The notes: generated by a model not told the origin, from the sequence alone. A stretch of DNA of 63,964 bases, filler included, from Octopus bimaculoides (GCF_001194135.2; 4 parts of 3 records of this genome joined end to end with filler, not necessarily neighbours in it), one strand, 5' to 3'. Counted from the first letter of the whole stretch, positions 26,413 through 39,173 are shown. Made by a program: numbers and translations.

Positions 26413-27110
26413 ATCAGCTGCCACCATTCTAAAACTAAGCGTTTCGAAGAGTTAGAACAGGATGCATTGCTAGAATGGCTCTTCCGCGGAAACAAATTAA
26501 ATTTGTAACGCGGAGGAATATAGTGGCGAACAGAAAACACGACAAGAAAACGAAACAGTGAAAATAAACAAGAAAGGCTATAAGGCCAGACGTAAAATAT
26601 ATATATATATGTATACGGAACGCTGTGATGTGACGAACTTAAAGGAAGAGAGAAGAAAGTCCGTGCGAGCTTGGCAGTAGCCAAGATAAGAAAGGACGTA
26701 GTAGCCGGATACATGTGACCAGCGAGGGGTAAGGAGAAAGAGTGGTAGAGAGAGAAAAAAGAGGAGGAAGTAGAATATAGGTGAGCAACGAGAGACAGTG
26801 AGGAAGAGAGAGAGATATAGTAGTGAAGGGGAGAGGCGAAGAACAACAGAAGGAAGAACGAGAGGGGAGAAAGATACAAAGATAGATAGAGTCGCGTCAG
26901 AAATATACAGTTAAAACTTACTTGCAAAGATGACGCGTGCGTTCGATCATGTAATAATACAAATAATATGTGAGTATATGCATATATACGTACATGTATG
27001 TACATACCTACATCTACATGTATATATAGATGCATATCTGGGTACAGGACGTCACAAGAAAACGTGGGCAAAATGAGAAACAGAACATAAACAGAGCACA
27101 GAAATAGAGA
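26413..27110. repeat. interspersed repeat family F
   Basis: CCATTCTAAAACTAAGCGTTTCGAAGAG and ACATACCTACATCTAC..GCATATCTGGGTACAGGAC recur in reverse complement at 63040-63260. Confidence 0.7.
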
Positions 27111-29601
27111 TGTGTGCGTATTCATTTTTAACATGGAAACGGCTTTACCAAATGCTTTCATACTTGTGATGCATGAATAATTTGACCTCGGACAAATTAT
27201 AGGCTGTTCATTTGATTTTTTTATTAAAAATTATTAGAAAAAAATATTGCTTTTTATGTTACATTCGCGTTTTTGAAAGTCTTAAAAATAGTTACCTCCG
27301 GTTTTCTAGCGTCAGTGACGTAACATATCTCTATGCATATCTCTCTATCCATCTCTCTCTATCTATCTCTATCTCTCTGTAACATATCTCTCTATCTATA
27401 TCTCTTGTTTTCACTTTCATTTTGCAGACGCTATTCTTTTCACTTTCAATTTTCATACGCCATTGTTTAACTTCCATGTTATTTTTTTCATTGTAAGACT
27501 AAGTTTTCAGTCGCTATTTATAAAAAAAAAAACATAAATTGCTGACAGAAAGAAGTTCACAATTACTGATGTAAGTAATTTCATAATTTACTGACAGAAG
27601 AATCTCCATAAATTTCATTTCAATTCATACGGTTTTTCTGTTGTTGATGGTTTCTTACTGGTTCCTTCGATACTGGCTCTTTGGTTCACTGAGTGACANN
27701 NNNNNNNNNNNNNNNNNNNNNNNNNNNNNNNNNNNNNNNNNNNNNNNNNNNNNNNNNNNNNNNNNNNNNNNNNNNNNNNNNNNNNNNNNNNNNNNNNNNN
27801 NNNNNNNNNNNNNNNNNNNNNNNNNNNNNNNNNNNNNNNNNNNNNNNNNNNNNNNNNNNNNNNNNNNNNNNNNNNNNNNNNNNNNNNNNNNNNNNNNNNN
27901 NNNNNNNNNNNNNNNNNNNNNNNNNNNNNNNNNNNNNNNNNNNNNNNNNNNNNNNNNNNNNNNNNNNNNNNNNNNNNNNNNNNNNNNNNNNNNNNNNNNN
28001 NNNNNNNNNNNNNNNNNNNNNNNNNNNNNNNNNNNNNNGTCTTAACCCTCAAGAAAATGGGTATTTTTTAAATGAAATTCTCTACAAATATACCTCGGAA
28101 TATTATTAGATTAGATTCACTTCTTTAAAAAGTTTTCACAATGTCATCTTCCGGTATTGACATAAAAACGGCGAAGTCTGTTCTTGTCTAATTTTAATGT
28201 TTTCATTTCAAGTTTTAATTCGTTATTTGTAAACAGCTACGATAAATTACAGAAGGAAATATTTACTAAGTTCATAAATTTAAATATTCGGTACAATATA
28301 GTTTTTAACGTGCCTTTATTTATACGATTTTTTCATTCCATATCTATTTTCTTTCTTGATGCTCCTGGTGACACAAGTAAAACATTTGTAACATTGCTTC
28401 TCTCAAAAATAAGGCAACAAAAAAATTGCAGTTGCTGTACCATTGTCTGGCTTTGCTGCCACCATCCCAGGAAGACGAACAGCTCATTCTGCTTTTAAAT
28501 TACCTCTAAACTTGGTCACCAGTGACAGTCCAATTAATAACATAAGCAAAGATTCAGGTTCAGCAGAAGTGTTATGCCAATGTCACTTTATCATTTGGGA
28601 TGAATGCACCATGTCATGTAGAGATGCAATGGAAGCTCTTGGTAAGACCTTATAGGACATCAGAGGCAACAATAAGTTTATGGGGGAGTTAGATTAGTTT
28701 TACCAGGAGACTTCAGACAGACATTACCAGTCATTCTGAGACGAACAAGATCGGAGGAAATAAAAGTATGCATTAAGTCTTCACACCTATGGGATAAAGT
28801 ACTGAAATTCTTCAATACTAACGTGCGAGCTTCATTACATGGGGACCAAGGTGCAAAACATTTTTCAACCTGGCTCCTCCAATTAGGAAATGTACCATTT
28901 GATGGGAATGGTGATATCAGTCTGGCTCATATTGCTATCATGGTGAATTCCCAGTTGGATTGAAGAACAGGTTATTGCCAGACTTAAGTAATAATTATAA
29001 TTCACACAAATGATTGAGTGAAAGGGCAATTCTTACTCCAAAAAATGAGACAGTAGCAAGAATTAATCATGAATTAATGAATAAGATTCCAACAGTCATT
29101 AAGAAGTACAAATCAGTCGATTCAGTCCTTGATGAAAATCAAACTGTTCGTTACCCAACCGAGTTCCTTAATTCTCTTGAGCCACTTGGAATTCCTCCAC
29201 AAACTTTTTCTGAAGGTAGGAGTCCCAGTAATGCTTCTAAGAAATTTAGATCCTCCTAAATTATGCAATGGGACAAGGTTGATTGTGAAGACATTATCAC
29301 TTAATGTGATAGAAGCTACTATCATCACTGGATGTTCCTCTGGTGAAGAGGTTTCCGTTCCAAGAATTCCAATCAAACCAACAGACATGTTATTTAAGTT
29401 CAAACGAACACAATTCCCAGTGCGACTTTACTTTGCTATGTCTATCAATAAAGCTCAAGGTCAGTCTTTAAAATCTACTGGCTTGCTTTTCTCATGGTCA
29501 ACTTTGATGGTTGCTCCAGGGTAGGTACTTTGCAAGACTTATTTGTCTACGCTCCAAACCAGAAAACAAAGAATGTTGTTTATCCTGAAGCTCTTACATA
29601 A
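27100..29601 (+). mobile_element. Helitron remnant, PIF1-like helicase pseudogene
   Basis: DAPGDTSKTF (degenerate Walker A), GRRTAHSAFKLPL, IIWDECTM, GDFRQTLPVI, RAILTPKNETVARIN, PVMLLRNLDPPKLCNGTRL, QFPVRLYFAMSINKAQGQSL, ending KTKNVVYPEALT* near 29601; the 5' boundary is approximate. Confidence 0.9.
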
Positions 29602-29664
29602 TTTCCTTCAATATATGTGATAGAATTTATCTCCTTTCATAACAGTGGTAAATTTTGTATTTTC

Positions 29665-29665
29665 G

Positions 29666-29736
<71 letters not shown>

Positions 29737-29765
29737 CATTATTCTTATTCTTATTATTATTAATT

Positions 29766-29800
<35 letters not shown>

Positions 29801-29815
29801 TATCATTATCATTAT
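29665..29815. repeat. compound (TTA)n/(CAT)n microsatellite
   Basis: Direct inspection; runs into an N gap. Confidence 0.95.
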
Positions 29816-30423
29816 NNNNNNNNNNNNNNNNNNNNNNNNNNNNNNNNNNNNNNNNNNNNNNNNNNNNNNNNNNNNNNNNNNNNNNNNNNNNNNNNNNNNN
29901 NNNNNNNNNNNNNNNNNNNNNNNNNNNNNNNNNNNNNNNNNNNNNNNNNNNNNNNNNNNNNNNNNNNNNNNNNNNNNNNNNNNNNNNNNNNNNNNNNNNN
30001 NNNNNNNNNNNNNNNNNNNNNNNNNNNNNNNNNNNNNNNNNNNNNNNNNNNNNNNNNNNNNNNNNNNNNNNNNNNNNNNNNNNNNNNNNNNNNNNNNNNN
30101 NNNNNNNNNNNNNNNNNNNNNNNNNNNNNNNNNNNNNNNNNNNNNNNNNNNNNNNNNNNNNNNNNNNNNNNNNNNNNNNNNNNNNNNNNNNNNNNNNNNN
30201 NNNNNNNNNNNNNNNNNNNNNNNNNNNNNNNNNNNNNNNNNNNNNNNNNNNNNNNNNNNNNNNNNNNNNNNNNNNNNNNNNNNNNNNNNNNNNNNNNNNN
30301 NNNNNNNNNNNNNNNNNNNNNNNNNNNNNNNNNNNNNNNNNNNNNNNNNNNNNNNNNNNNNNNNNNNNNNNNNNNNNNNNNNNNNNNNNNNNNNNNNNNN
30401 NNNNNNNNNNNNNNNNNNNNNNN

Positions 30424-30475
<52 letters not shown>

Positions 30476-30489
30476 GTACGTGTTTGTGT

Positions 30490-30660
30490 GTGTGTGTGTG
30501 TCGGTTTGTCCCTCCACCACCGTTCGGCAAAAGAGACTGATAAAATAAGTACTGGACTTTAAAAAAATAAATCCTTGGGTCTATTTATTTGACTAAAACC
30601 CTCCAATGCGGTACTTCATCATGGCCACAGTCAAATGTAACAATTAAAAGATAAAAAATA
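30490..30660 (+). mobile_element. SINE family B 3' half
   Basis: GTTCGGCAAAAGAGACTGATAAAATAAGTAC..CATGGCCACAGTCAAATG. Confidence 0.75.
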
Positions 30661-31309
30661 TATAAACACTCTTATAGAAGAGATTACTGTTGTCACTATT
30701 ATTGTTGTTGCTACTTCTGTTTCCCTTGTTGTTATTACCATTACTATAGTTGATACTATTATTACTGATGTTACAGCTGATGTCATATTTTAGCCCTAGG
30801 TCATCTATGACCAAGCAAGCCTATCAGCACAAGCCGTTCCAGCCACAAACAAACGATCCACCCTTCTACCGGGCATTCTGTATCTCTGACCTGTATCATC
30901 CAATTTGTTCGTGCTTTATCGCGGACGGTAAAGTGGCAAATGAGAGATATTTAGCTGTTGTTTCTAGTAGATCGAGTGAGAGGTTCCCTCGTGTTTACCA
31001 CGGCGGATGCAGGCAAAGTAGATTCAGTCGAAACAAGATTGCTGTTGCTATTGTTATTCGTCTGCATGTAATCTTGGTGCACATCCCGTCACTACTTGGA
31101 AGTTAAAACGTGGTTAATGGTTCAGCTATTAATCTTGCTTTATGTCATTTTTATGTTTGTTTGGATTCAATGGAAGTAACAACTTTTGGAGAGCAAGTCA
31201 GGGTGTGGTAGCATTTTGCGACGATTAGGGACGATTGCACATTTAGTGATAGAGAATGTGATGATTGAGGTTAGCTGCTACAACAAATTCTGTTTCTTTT
31301 TGGTTCTCC

Positions 31310-31371
<62 letters not shown>

Positions 31372-31377
31372 CTATCT

Positions 31378-31712
31378 GTACGGCATCTTGGGCAAGTATA
31401 GACTCGAGCCGACCAGTGCTTTGTGAATATCTGCGGACAGAAACTGTGTGGAAGCCCGTCGTATCTCTGTGTGTCTATATGTGTCTTTGTGTCTGTCAGC
31501 CTCCACTTGACAACCAGTGTTGGTTTATTTGTCTCCGTAACTCAGCGGCTCGGCAAAAGAGACCGGTAAAGTAAGTACCTGACTCCCAAACAAAAGAAAA
31601 AGCATAAGTACTAGAAACGATTTGTTCAACTAACATCCTTCAAGGTGGTCCAATGGATGCAGTCATCATGGACGCAGTCCAATAACTGAAACAAATAAAA
31701 GATAAAAGAAAG
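31378..31712 (+). mobile_element. diverged SINE family B
   Basis: GGCATCTTGGGCAAGT..CTTGACAACCAGTGTTGG..CGGCAAAAGAGACCGG..ACTGAAACAAATAAAAG. Confidence 0.75.
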
Positions 31713-31879
31713 AGATAACAAAAAACGCTTCTAGTCACTGGTCTGTTGACTGTTATATTTCTGTTAGTGATGATAACATTGTTTTAAACAAGCTCTGCAG
31801 ACATGGAACTGCCAACAGTCGTACGTGTGTCAGATGCTTGCAGAGCGACGAAGATATTTGCGCACAAGTTCAGTATCCG

Positions 31880-32480
31880 GACATTGTCAGCATATGATTT
31901 TGGGTCGAACAGTTGTTGTCATGCTGTCACATGTAGAACGAATCCGGCTATCAGCTGAAGCAATAAAAATCGACCCGCCGCTATCTTATGGCGGGATGAG
32001 CGGTAGTCTGCAGTCTTCCCCTACCCGGAGACTATAGTGAATAAAGTTGTATGATTAACGTGATAGATTTGATGACAGGGTTTTTTAAAACTTTGCCGAA
32101 GCTCTCTCCAATTTCGAGTACTACTTGTACAGGAAAATGAGGCTAGAGAGTGAGATATTACCTTCCAGTGTACATTCTAAAAGGCAGATGAAAACTACGA
32201 AATTGTCGAGGTTGAATGGGTGTAATCTGATAAAGCATTTTTGATCAGGGGAAAGACTAGTGAGAGAGAGAGAGACAGCAGCAGTTTTAATCACTTACGG
32301 TAATCAGGAACTTTGTGTGGGATTTCCTTAGAATTACCTTTGGTGGTCTTCCACTATACTAGAGTTAATTTCTTGTTGAAACTTCAATGTTATAGCCATA
32401 TTTTTATTGATTCCTCTTTTTACTCGCTGTAAATTCTGCAGTATTGCTTATGGTATTTCGTCCTTATACTGTCCCTATTG
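31880..32480 (+). mobile_element. Tx1-like LINE 3' fragment
   Basis: MLSHVERIRLSAEAI resembles LLSHVRRIRLSVEFI at 25730 in the Tx1 copy. Confidence 0.55.
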
Positions 32481-32863
32481 ATTTACACTTTGTGTTCAAT
32501 AAATAATACACATCAGTACATACAATATAATGCAAAATGACGGCACTTTAGCTCTGTCAGAGCTTGTATATTCTGTAAATAGCGATAAGCAGACAATCAC
32601 TCTGCGGACCGGAAACGGGTATTCTTTCTTTAATGTAGGTCAACAACATAGATAGCCACGGAGAAATAAAAACCTACGAATAGAAGACGAAATTGCTGCA
32701 TTACTTTGTATGCCTTTTTTTTTTACAAAGGGATGAAGTTATATATTTATTATACACACAGTCACACACACACACACACACACATATTTATTAGAGAGGT
32801 CGACATTATATTTCAAATATGAATTTTCATTATCTTAATTAAAAAATTATTTCTTTTCTTTAG

Positions 32864-32914
32864 AAGAGATAATCTTATGGACTGGGTCCAGTAATACCAG
32901 TACTGCAGTTATAG
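32864..32914 (+). CDS. candidate 51-nt symmetric internal exon, product unknown
   Basis: Acceptor TTATTTCTTTTCTTTAG and consensus donor AG|GTAAGT; only the phase-1 frame is open: xEIILWTGSSNTSTAVI-G. Confidence 0.45.
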
Positions 32915-33117
32915 GTAAGTCAATTTATTCCTGAAATTTTTGTCTGACTTGTTTCTTTTTTGTTTTTCTGTTCATTATTCCAAAATTGACTTTTCCGTTT
33001 GTATGTCTTTTGGTTTTATAACAGGTTTTGTAAGGTTTCATTATCGCTCAATGAATTCGTCATTGAAATCTCATACCATAAATTAAATAAATTAAAGACA
33101 AAACAAATTATATACAT

Positions 33118-33196
33118 GCGGTAAGTTATGAGGACATAAACACACCAACATCGGTTGTCAAACGATGGTGGGGAGGACAAACACAGACACAAATAC

Positions 33197-33205
<9 letters not shown>
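33118..33205 (-). mobile_element. SINE family B fragment
   Basis: ACACACCAACATCGGTTGTCAAACGATGGTGGGGAGGACAAACACAGAC. Confidence 0.8.
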
Positions 33206-33245
<40 letters not shown>

Positions 33246-33837
33246 NNNNNNNNNNNNNNNNNNNNNNNNNNNNNNNNNNNNNNNNNNNNNNNNNNNNNNN
33301 NNNNNNNNNNNNNNNNNNNNNNNNNNNNNNNNNNNNNNNNNNNNNNNNNNNNNNNNNNNNNNNNNNNNNNNNNNNNNNNNNNNNNNNNNNNNNNNNNNNN
33401 NNNNNNNNNNNNNNNNNNNNNNNNNNNNNNNNNNNNNNNNNNNNNNNNNNNNNNNNNNNNNNNNNNNNNNNNNNNNNNNNNNNNNNNNNNNNNNNNNNNN
33501 NNNNNNNNNNNNNNNNNNNNNNNNNNNNNNNNNNNNNNNNNNNNNNNNNNNNNNNNNNNNNNNNNNNNNNNNNNNNNNNNNNNNNNNNNNNNNNNNNNNN
33601 NNNNNNNNNNNNNNNNNNNNNNNNNNNNNNNNNNNNNNNNNNNNNNNNNNNNNNNNNNNNNNNNNNNNNNNNNNNNNNNNNNNNNNNNNNNNNNNNNNNN
33701 NNNNNNNNNNNNNNNNNNNNNNNNNNNNNNNNNNNNNNNNNNNNNNNNNNNNNNNNNNNNNNNNNNNNNNNNNNNNNNNNNNNNNNNNNNNNNNNNNNNN
33801 NNNNNNNNNNNNNNNNNNNNNNNNNNNNNNNNNNNNN

Positions 33838-34300
33838 NTATGAGGTGGTAACTAAAGAAGTTTACCAGCCCCTGGCCGGAGACGAAAGTACCTGTCGCTA
33901 TCCCTCTTACACGCGTCTTCCATACTGTTTCTTTCAGTATGGCTACTACGCAGAAAAAGACAAGCCTTCCTTTCCCTGTTAAGGGAAGGAGGCGGCACAA
34001 TCTCGATGATGGACTCAGCCGATAGCTGTACTCTTTCCTTCGATGACAACAGTTATTCTGCGAAAACTATCAGTTCCTTTAATTCTGGACACTCCACAAA
34101 TGCATGCAAGACGGTTTCCCTGTTCTGCCAGCACCTCGGACATGTCGGCGAGACGACACTGATCCACATCACTCTCTTTTGAGAACACAAAGATCGCATG
34201 TAGGGTTCGAACTCGCTCACTTTTCGTAAACATGGTAATGCTCGCGATCGCATCTTTATAAAAAGCATGATGCACGTGCAAAACGTTGACTCATTAGGTA
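33838..34300 (-). mobile_element. Tx1-like LINE 3' fragment
   Basis: Minus frames CPRCWQNRETVLHAFVECPELKEL and LKETVWKTRVRGIATGTFVSGQGLVNFF. Confidence 0.8.
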
Positions 34301-34499
34301 TAAAAGGTACCCAAATTTACCAACCTGTCATTCGTTTCCCGCACGCACCTTTAATTTTTGGATGATCGTGCCCAGAATTGTGGAATTTTTGTTGAAATCT
34401 CGTTGAATTCTTACTGTTTGTGTTTAAAAACGTATAGCTTGTTCAGTAGGCTTGTGTTTTTCTTTTTTGTTGGAATCTTTTTCCCACTTTTTGGCTGGA

Positions 34500-36990
34500 A
34501 AAAATGTCCGAAATGGATGTTGAGCACGAGGGCGCACGAGCTGGAAGCTACGCATCTGCAGCGTAGAAAGGAACCATAGTGAAGCAGTTGGAAATGCGGG
34601 AGGTCATTATTGACGAAGAAACATTGCGTGGCTGCATGCAATTGATAGAAAGGGAAGGGTCGAACGCAAAGTCGACCCCTCCAGAAGAAATAACCGAAAG
34701 TGTGAGGAGGCGTACAGTCATGTACAGAACACTGTACTTGCCAAAGAAGAAAATAGAGATGGCACCGGAGGATGACATAGAAAAGTGCTTAGATATGGTG
34801 AGAAATGACATCTTCTACACCAGAGGAAGGAGATACGGTGCAGTAGAGGTAAGGTTTGCCTCTGAAGAGGTGGCCTTCAAACATTCCACTGTGCCAATAA
34901 GGACAGATGAATGGCTACTCCCCCCAACCAACCAAGGGAAACGAATCTCTAGAGTGAGGATTGGCAGGATTCCGCCAAGAGATTTGGATAGCGGCAGCCA
35001 TACTTGCCAGTACTAAAGAGGAAGCGAAGACGATACAAGCAACCAAGACTCAACAGTTAAATTGCTGGGGTTACGGCCTGGAGTTAATTATCCAGGCCAC
35101 CCAATCGGACCTAAACGAGGTCCCTGAAAGCATAGAAGTACCTGATGCAACAAAACTGTCAGTAACAGTGAAAGGGAAACCTCCCACCTGTTACTGTTGT
35201 AGCCAGAAGGGGCACATCAAAATGAAGTGCCCCAAAAATGTACAAGAAGAGAGGAGGGAAGCAGACGAGAGCCGGAGTGAGCCTACCGCGAAAACCACGG
35301 AACAGACCCAAGAAGCAATGTACCAGGACATAACCGAGGACTCCGAGGAGGAATACGTTGAAGTAAAAAGAAAGAGATAAAGCCAGCACACCACCGAAAA
35401 GCACACAATGTAAAAAAAAAAAAAGAATAGTTGCTCACAAAACACACACCAGAAAACAAAACACAGTCAACCGATGAGAACAACGCACGCACACAACATA
35501 CACCACTGCTACCATCCCCGAAAAAGAATCTCCCACTAAGCATTCACAGGCAAACACACAACACAGACAAACCACAAGGACAAACTCGGCATACATAATG
35601 ACATACAAAAACAAACATAGCAATTGAAAAAAGTTTAAGGAAATTTTAAAATATTATTAGAATTAAACCCCCAAACTACCCACAAAGAACGAATAGCATC
35701 CTAATAGACATACAACAGTACAACACACTAAAAGAAGCTTTTTTAAAAGACATACTTCCACTGGGGTTAAAGGTTAGGTATAACTCCCCCCACCCCCGAA
35801 GAACTATCGCCATATATTATATAAAAGTAAAAAGGATTAAAACGATTAATAACTGAAAATTTAAAGTTATATGAACAGTAAAACGCGACTGCCTGGGGGC
35901 ACGGCTCAGGTAAGACGTTCACCCTCATGTATTATATACTCATCCCATTCATCGCTTTGTATTTTATGTCCCCATTTGTTTTGCCTGTCCCGTCTTTTGT
36001 ATTGTCCCTCTATATAAGGCCCTTGTGGCTCGAATAAAATCAATTCGTTTGCCAAACGCAGTCTGTTCCGGAATATTTGAAGGTTGGTCGTCGCGGATGT
36101 GACGTACAGCGGTAAGTCTTTCAGGTTGGTTGATGCTTATGCCCCTGCGAAAGGTGCAGGTAAAGCCGATTTTTTTTGAAGCATTGAGAAATTTCTTGGT
36201 TCGTCTCATTCTATAATTATGTTAGGGGACTTTAATGCAATACTCGACGCACGCATGGATTACGTTGTCTCTAATGTTAGCAGGAGTGATCAGTGTTTCT
36301 TAAATCTGCTTAACCGTTTTCAGCTAGCAGATACGTGTAGACTAGACGACCCAAACGCTCCATTGTGGACATGGATGTATAGCGATGAGTCGGCTAGATC
36401 TTAATTAGATAGAATTCTAATTAGGGAATTAGTTAGTCGCCCACAATTCCACTATGTCAGCTACAGTGATCACAAATTTCTGACCTGTATGCTTGATTTA
36501 GTTAAGATGCATAGACAGGGACCCGGCTACTGGAAACTCAACAAGTCACTTTTGACTAATGAGGACTACAGGAGTCGGATTATGGAGTTAATTATGAGGG
36601 CATTGTGTAGCACCGTTGTAAACAACAAATGGTGGTATGCCCTCAAAAGTAGCTAGTTCGAAAGAGGTCGTGTGGAAGACCCGTGTGAAAGGTATCGTGA
36701 CAGGCACTTTTATCTCCAGCCTTGGTTTGGTGAAATTCCTATCCTTTCCTCTAAAAAGGAAGATAAGGGTGAAGGAGTGCCTGTCGCCGGATGTATACAA
36801 GAAAAGATGGAATATTGTAGCAAGAATGGTAGGAGTAAACGTCTCCAATTAAGAGTGTCCTGAAAGTCTTCCCAAAGATAGCAGTGGCGGACCGGGGCTT
36901 GCGGGGCCGAAAGTAGAACCCGTCCCCTACTTCATTGTTTGTCATTTGTATTGTTTTTCATTCGAATTTGTTATCAAGATTTTTATTCGT
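34500..36990 (+). mobile_element. Tx1/L1-clade LINE: ORF1 (CCHC knuckle), endonuclease and 3' end, RT deleted
   Basis: ORF1 34579-35380 with one frameshift and CYCCSQKGHIKMKC (CX2CX4HX4C); APE motifs FRLVDAYAP, MLGDFNAILD, DRILIR, YSDHK, GPGYWKLNKSLL; then jumps to KEVVWKTRVKG. Confidence 0.88.
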
Positions 36991-37101
36991 TTTTCCATAT
37001 TAATGTTTTTTCATCCCGGTCCCATTTCACTGTATCGTCCTCTCTATGTCTGACACCCTGTGGGCAATAAAGAATCAATTCGGTTCCCAAACGCAGCAAG
37101 C

Positions 37102-38128
37102 ATGCCAAGACTGACACGAAATCAGAAGGAGCAAGCCATCGGACGTCTCCATGCTGGTCAACGTCCATGGTTCACTGCTAATGAGTTGAACTACAATATT
37201 CGGACAATTGAGCGACTGAGGGAATGCCACAAACAGCACGGATGGTCGGCCACTATGTGGCCGACCGAGGGTTACAACGGCACGTCAATTTCGCCACCTG
37301 CACCGGCAGCACTTGCAGGACCGATTCCGGAGGGCAACGGAATTAGCTAGGCAGACCGTAGTGACTCACCACAGACCCATTTGTACAGAGACAGTTCGCC
37401 GCCAGCTGAGATCGTTCAATCCGTTTTGTCAGCGTCCGGCAACAGGCCCCATCCTTACAAATTGTGATCGACGGGCACGTCTGCAGTGGGCTCAGAAACG
37501 TCAGAAATCACGATATCAGCAGTGAAGGAATGTAGTCTTCTCTGACGAAAGTCGATATTGCATTTCTGTAGCAGATAGCAGAGCCAGGGTTTGGAGAAGA
37601 AGAGATCGTCATGCCGATGGCTGTGTGGTGGAAAGAGACTCATGGGGAAGACAGGACATCATGGCATGGGGCGGGATTGCACTCAACCAAAAACTTGGAC
37701 CGGTAGTTTTCCAAAAGATCGGCCAAGGCCGAGGCAATGGAGAAACTACTGCTCGCTACATTGACCAAGTGTTGAGGCCTTACACTGTGTCATACTTTTC
37801 CCGTCATCGGGATCACATGTTCCAACACGACAACACCCGTGCCCATACTACCAGATTGACAACAGACTTCCTCCAACAGTACAACATTCAAACACTGCCA
37901 TGGCCTGCACCAAGTCCGGATTTGAACCCCATAGAGCACTTGTGGGACGAAATCCAAAGAAGGCTAAATGATATCCGTCCAAGGCCGACAACTGCGGCAC
38001 AACTCACTGCAAGTTTTAACAGAGTGTGGGCTGCTATCTCCATGGCCTTCATCAGTCGTTTGGAGCATTCAATGAACAGAAGATGCCTGGCGGTAATCAA
38101 CGCTAACGGTGGTCACATGAGATATTGA
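37102..38128 (+). mobile_element. Tc1-like transposase pseudogene
   Basis: MPRLTRNQKEQAIGRLHAG (HTH), VFSDESR, IMAWGGI, MFQHDNTRAH, WPAPSPDLNPIEHLWDEI (DD34E type); frameshifts; right end cut by the join at 38218. Confidence 0.92.
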
Positions 38129-38217
38129 GTTCATCTCTTTGGACTCAGAACACCCCGTCATCACGTGACACCATGTGACGTCAAGTATGTTTCAGAAAAT
38201 GACGTTTTATCATTAAG

Positions 38218-38317
38218 NNNNNNNNNNNNNNNNNNNNNNNNNNNNNNNNNNNNNNNNNNNNTTAATTAATTAANNNNNNNNNNNNNNNNNNNNNNNNNNN
38301 NNNNNNNNNNNNNNNNN
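38218..38317. other. artificial scaffold-join spacer
   Basis: 44 N + TTAATTAATTAA (38262-38273) + 44 N. Confidence 0.95.
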
Positions 38318-38345
38318 TCAGAGCTAGCCGACTTGGATATTTAAT

Positions 38346-38570
38346 ACCAGGTAACAGGTCTCAACTAGCATCCGACGCTCAACTATAGCTCTGCTCACTG
38401 ACCACGACTTCCTGCGTATTAACATTCCAAATTTCCTTGTGTAACTTTTATAGAATATTCCGTACCAGGTAACAAGTCACAACTAGCATCCGACGCTCAA
38501 CTACAGCTCTGCTCACTGACCACAACTTCCTGCGTATGGACATACTATAATCTTGTGTAACTCTTATACG
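38346..38570. repeat. tandem duplication, period ~118 bp
   Basis: TACCAGGTAACA..CAACTAGCATCCGACGCTCAACTA..GCTCTGCTCACTGACCAC..CTTCCTGCGTAT at 38346 and 38464. Confidence 0.92.
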
Positions 38571-38816
38571 AACTGGATTTTTTCTCTACAGACACTTTTA
38601 ATATGTTCTGTGTTTTCACTCACACACACACTTGTGCACTCACAGATTTTCTTTCATTTGTACATTGCATGCATGTTCTCACGAGTGCACATTCATTTCT
38701 TTCATTTTTCTTTGTGTGTTTGTGCTACACCTTGTGGGTGGTTTTCAGTGGCAATCCTGCCTCAAGCGTTCCAACAGAATTATATTATCGTGCGTTCCGC
38801 ACTGGCAAGGGAGCCC

Positions 38817-39173
38817 TGTAGTAACGCTGTGCGCATGCGTAGTCTCACGCATGCGTGGAATTAAACATCCAAGCTTTCCCGCTTTGATCGATCTTTTTCT
38901 TGCTGGCCAGCGATTGAGCAAGGACGTGTCTAGCTGTCTCTCCATCTTTCGAACTCACGCTAGACAGCTCACATCAATATACCAACGTCCCAACAACCAT
39001 GCTCACACACACAGAAGACGTCTCAACAAACAAGATTAAAGATGTATATTTTCCACCATGAATAAATATTGTTTGTGTTGATAGTCTGGAGTTCAGCGTT
39101 ACCGTTCATAATTCTTAATTTAATATAGGAAAGTCAGGTGTACATCTAATGATGTATAACCCACTTTCCTATA
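38817..39173 (+). mobile_element. LTR-like element family X, copy 1
   Basis: Starts TGTAGTAACG, AATAAA at ~39060, ends in the hairpin TATAGGAAAG..CTTTCCTATA. Confidence 0.85.

Noticed and set aside
26262-27161. 299-aa hydrophobic minus-strand ORF
   Set aside because: Low-complexity pyrimidine-rich repeat plus N gap; no recognisable domain
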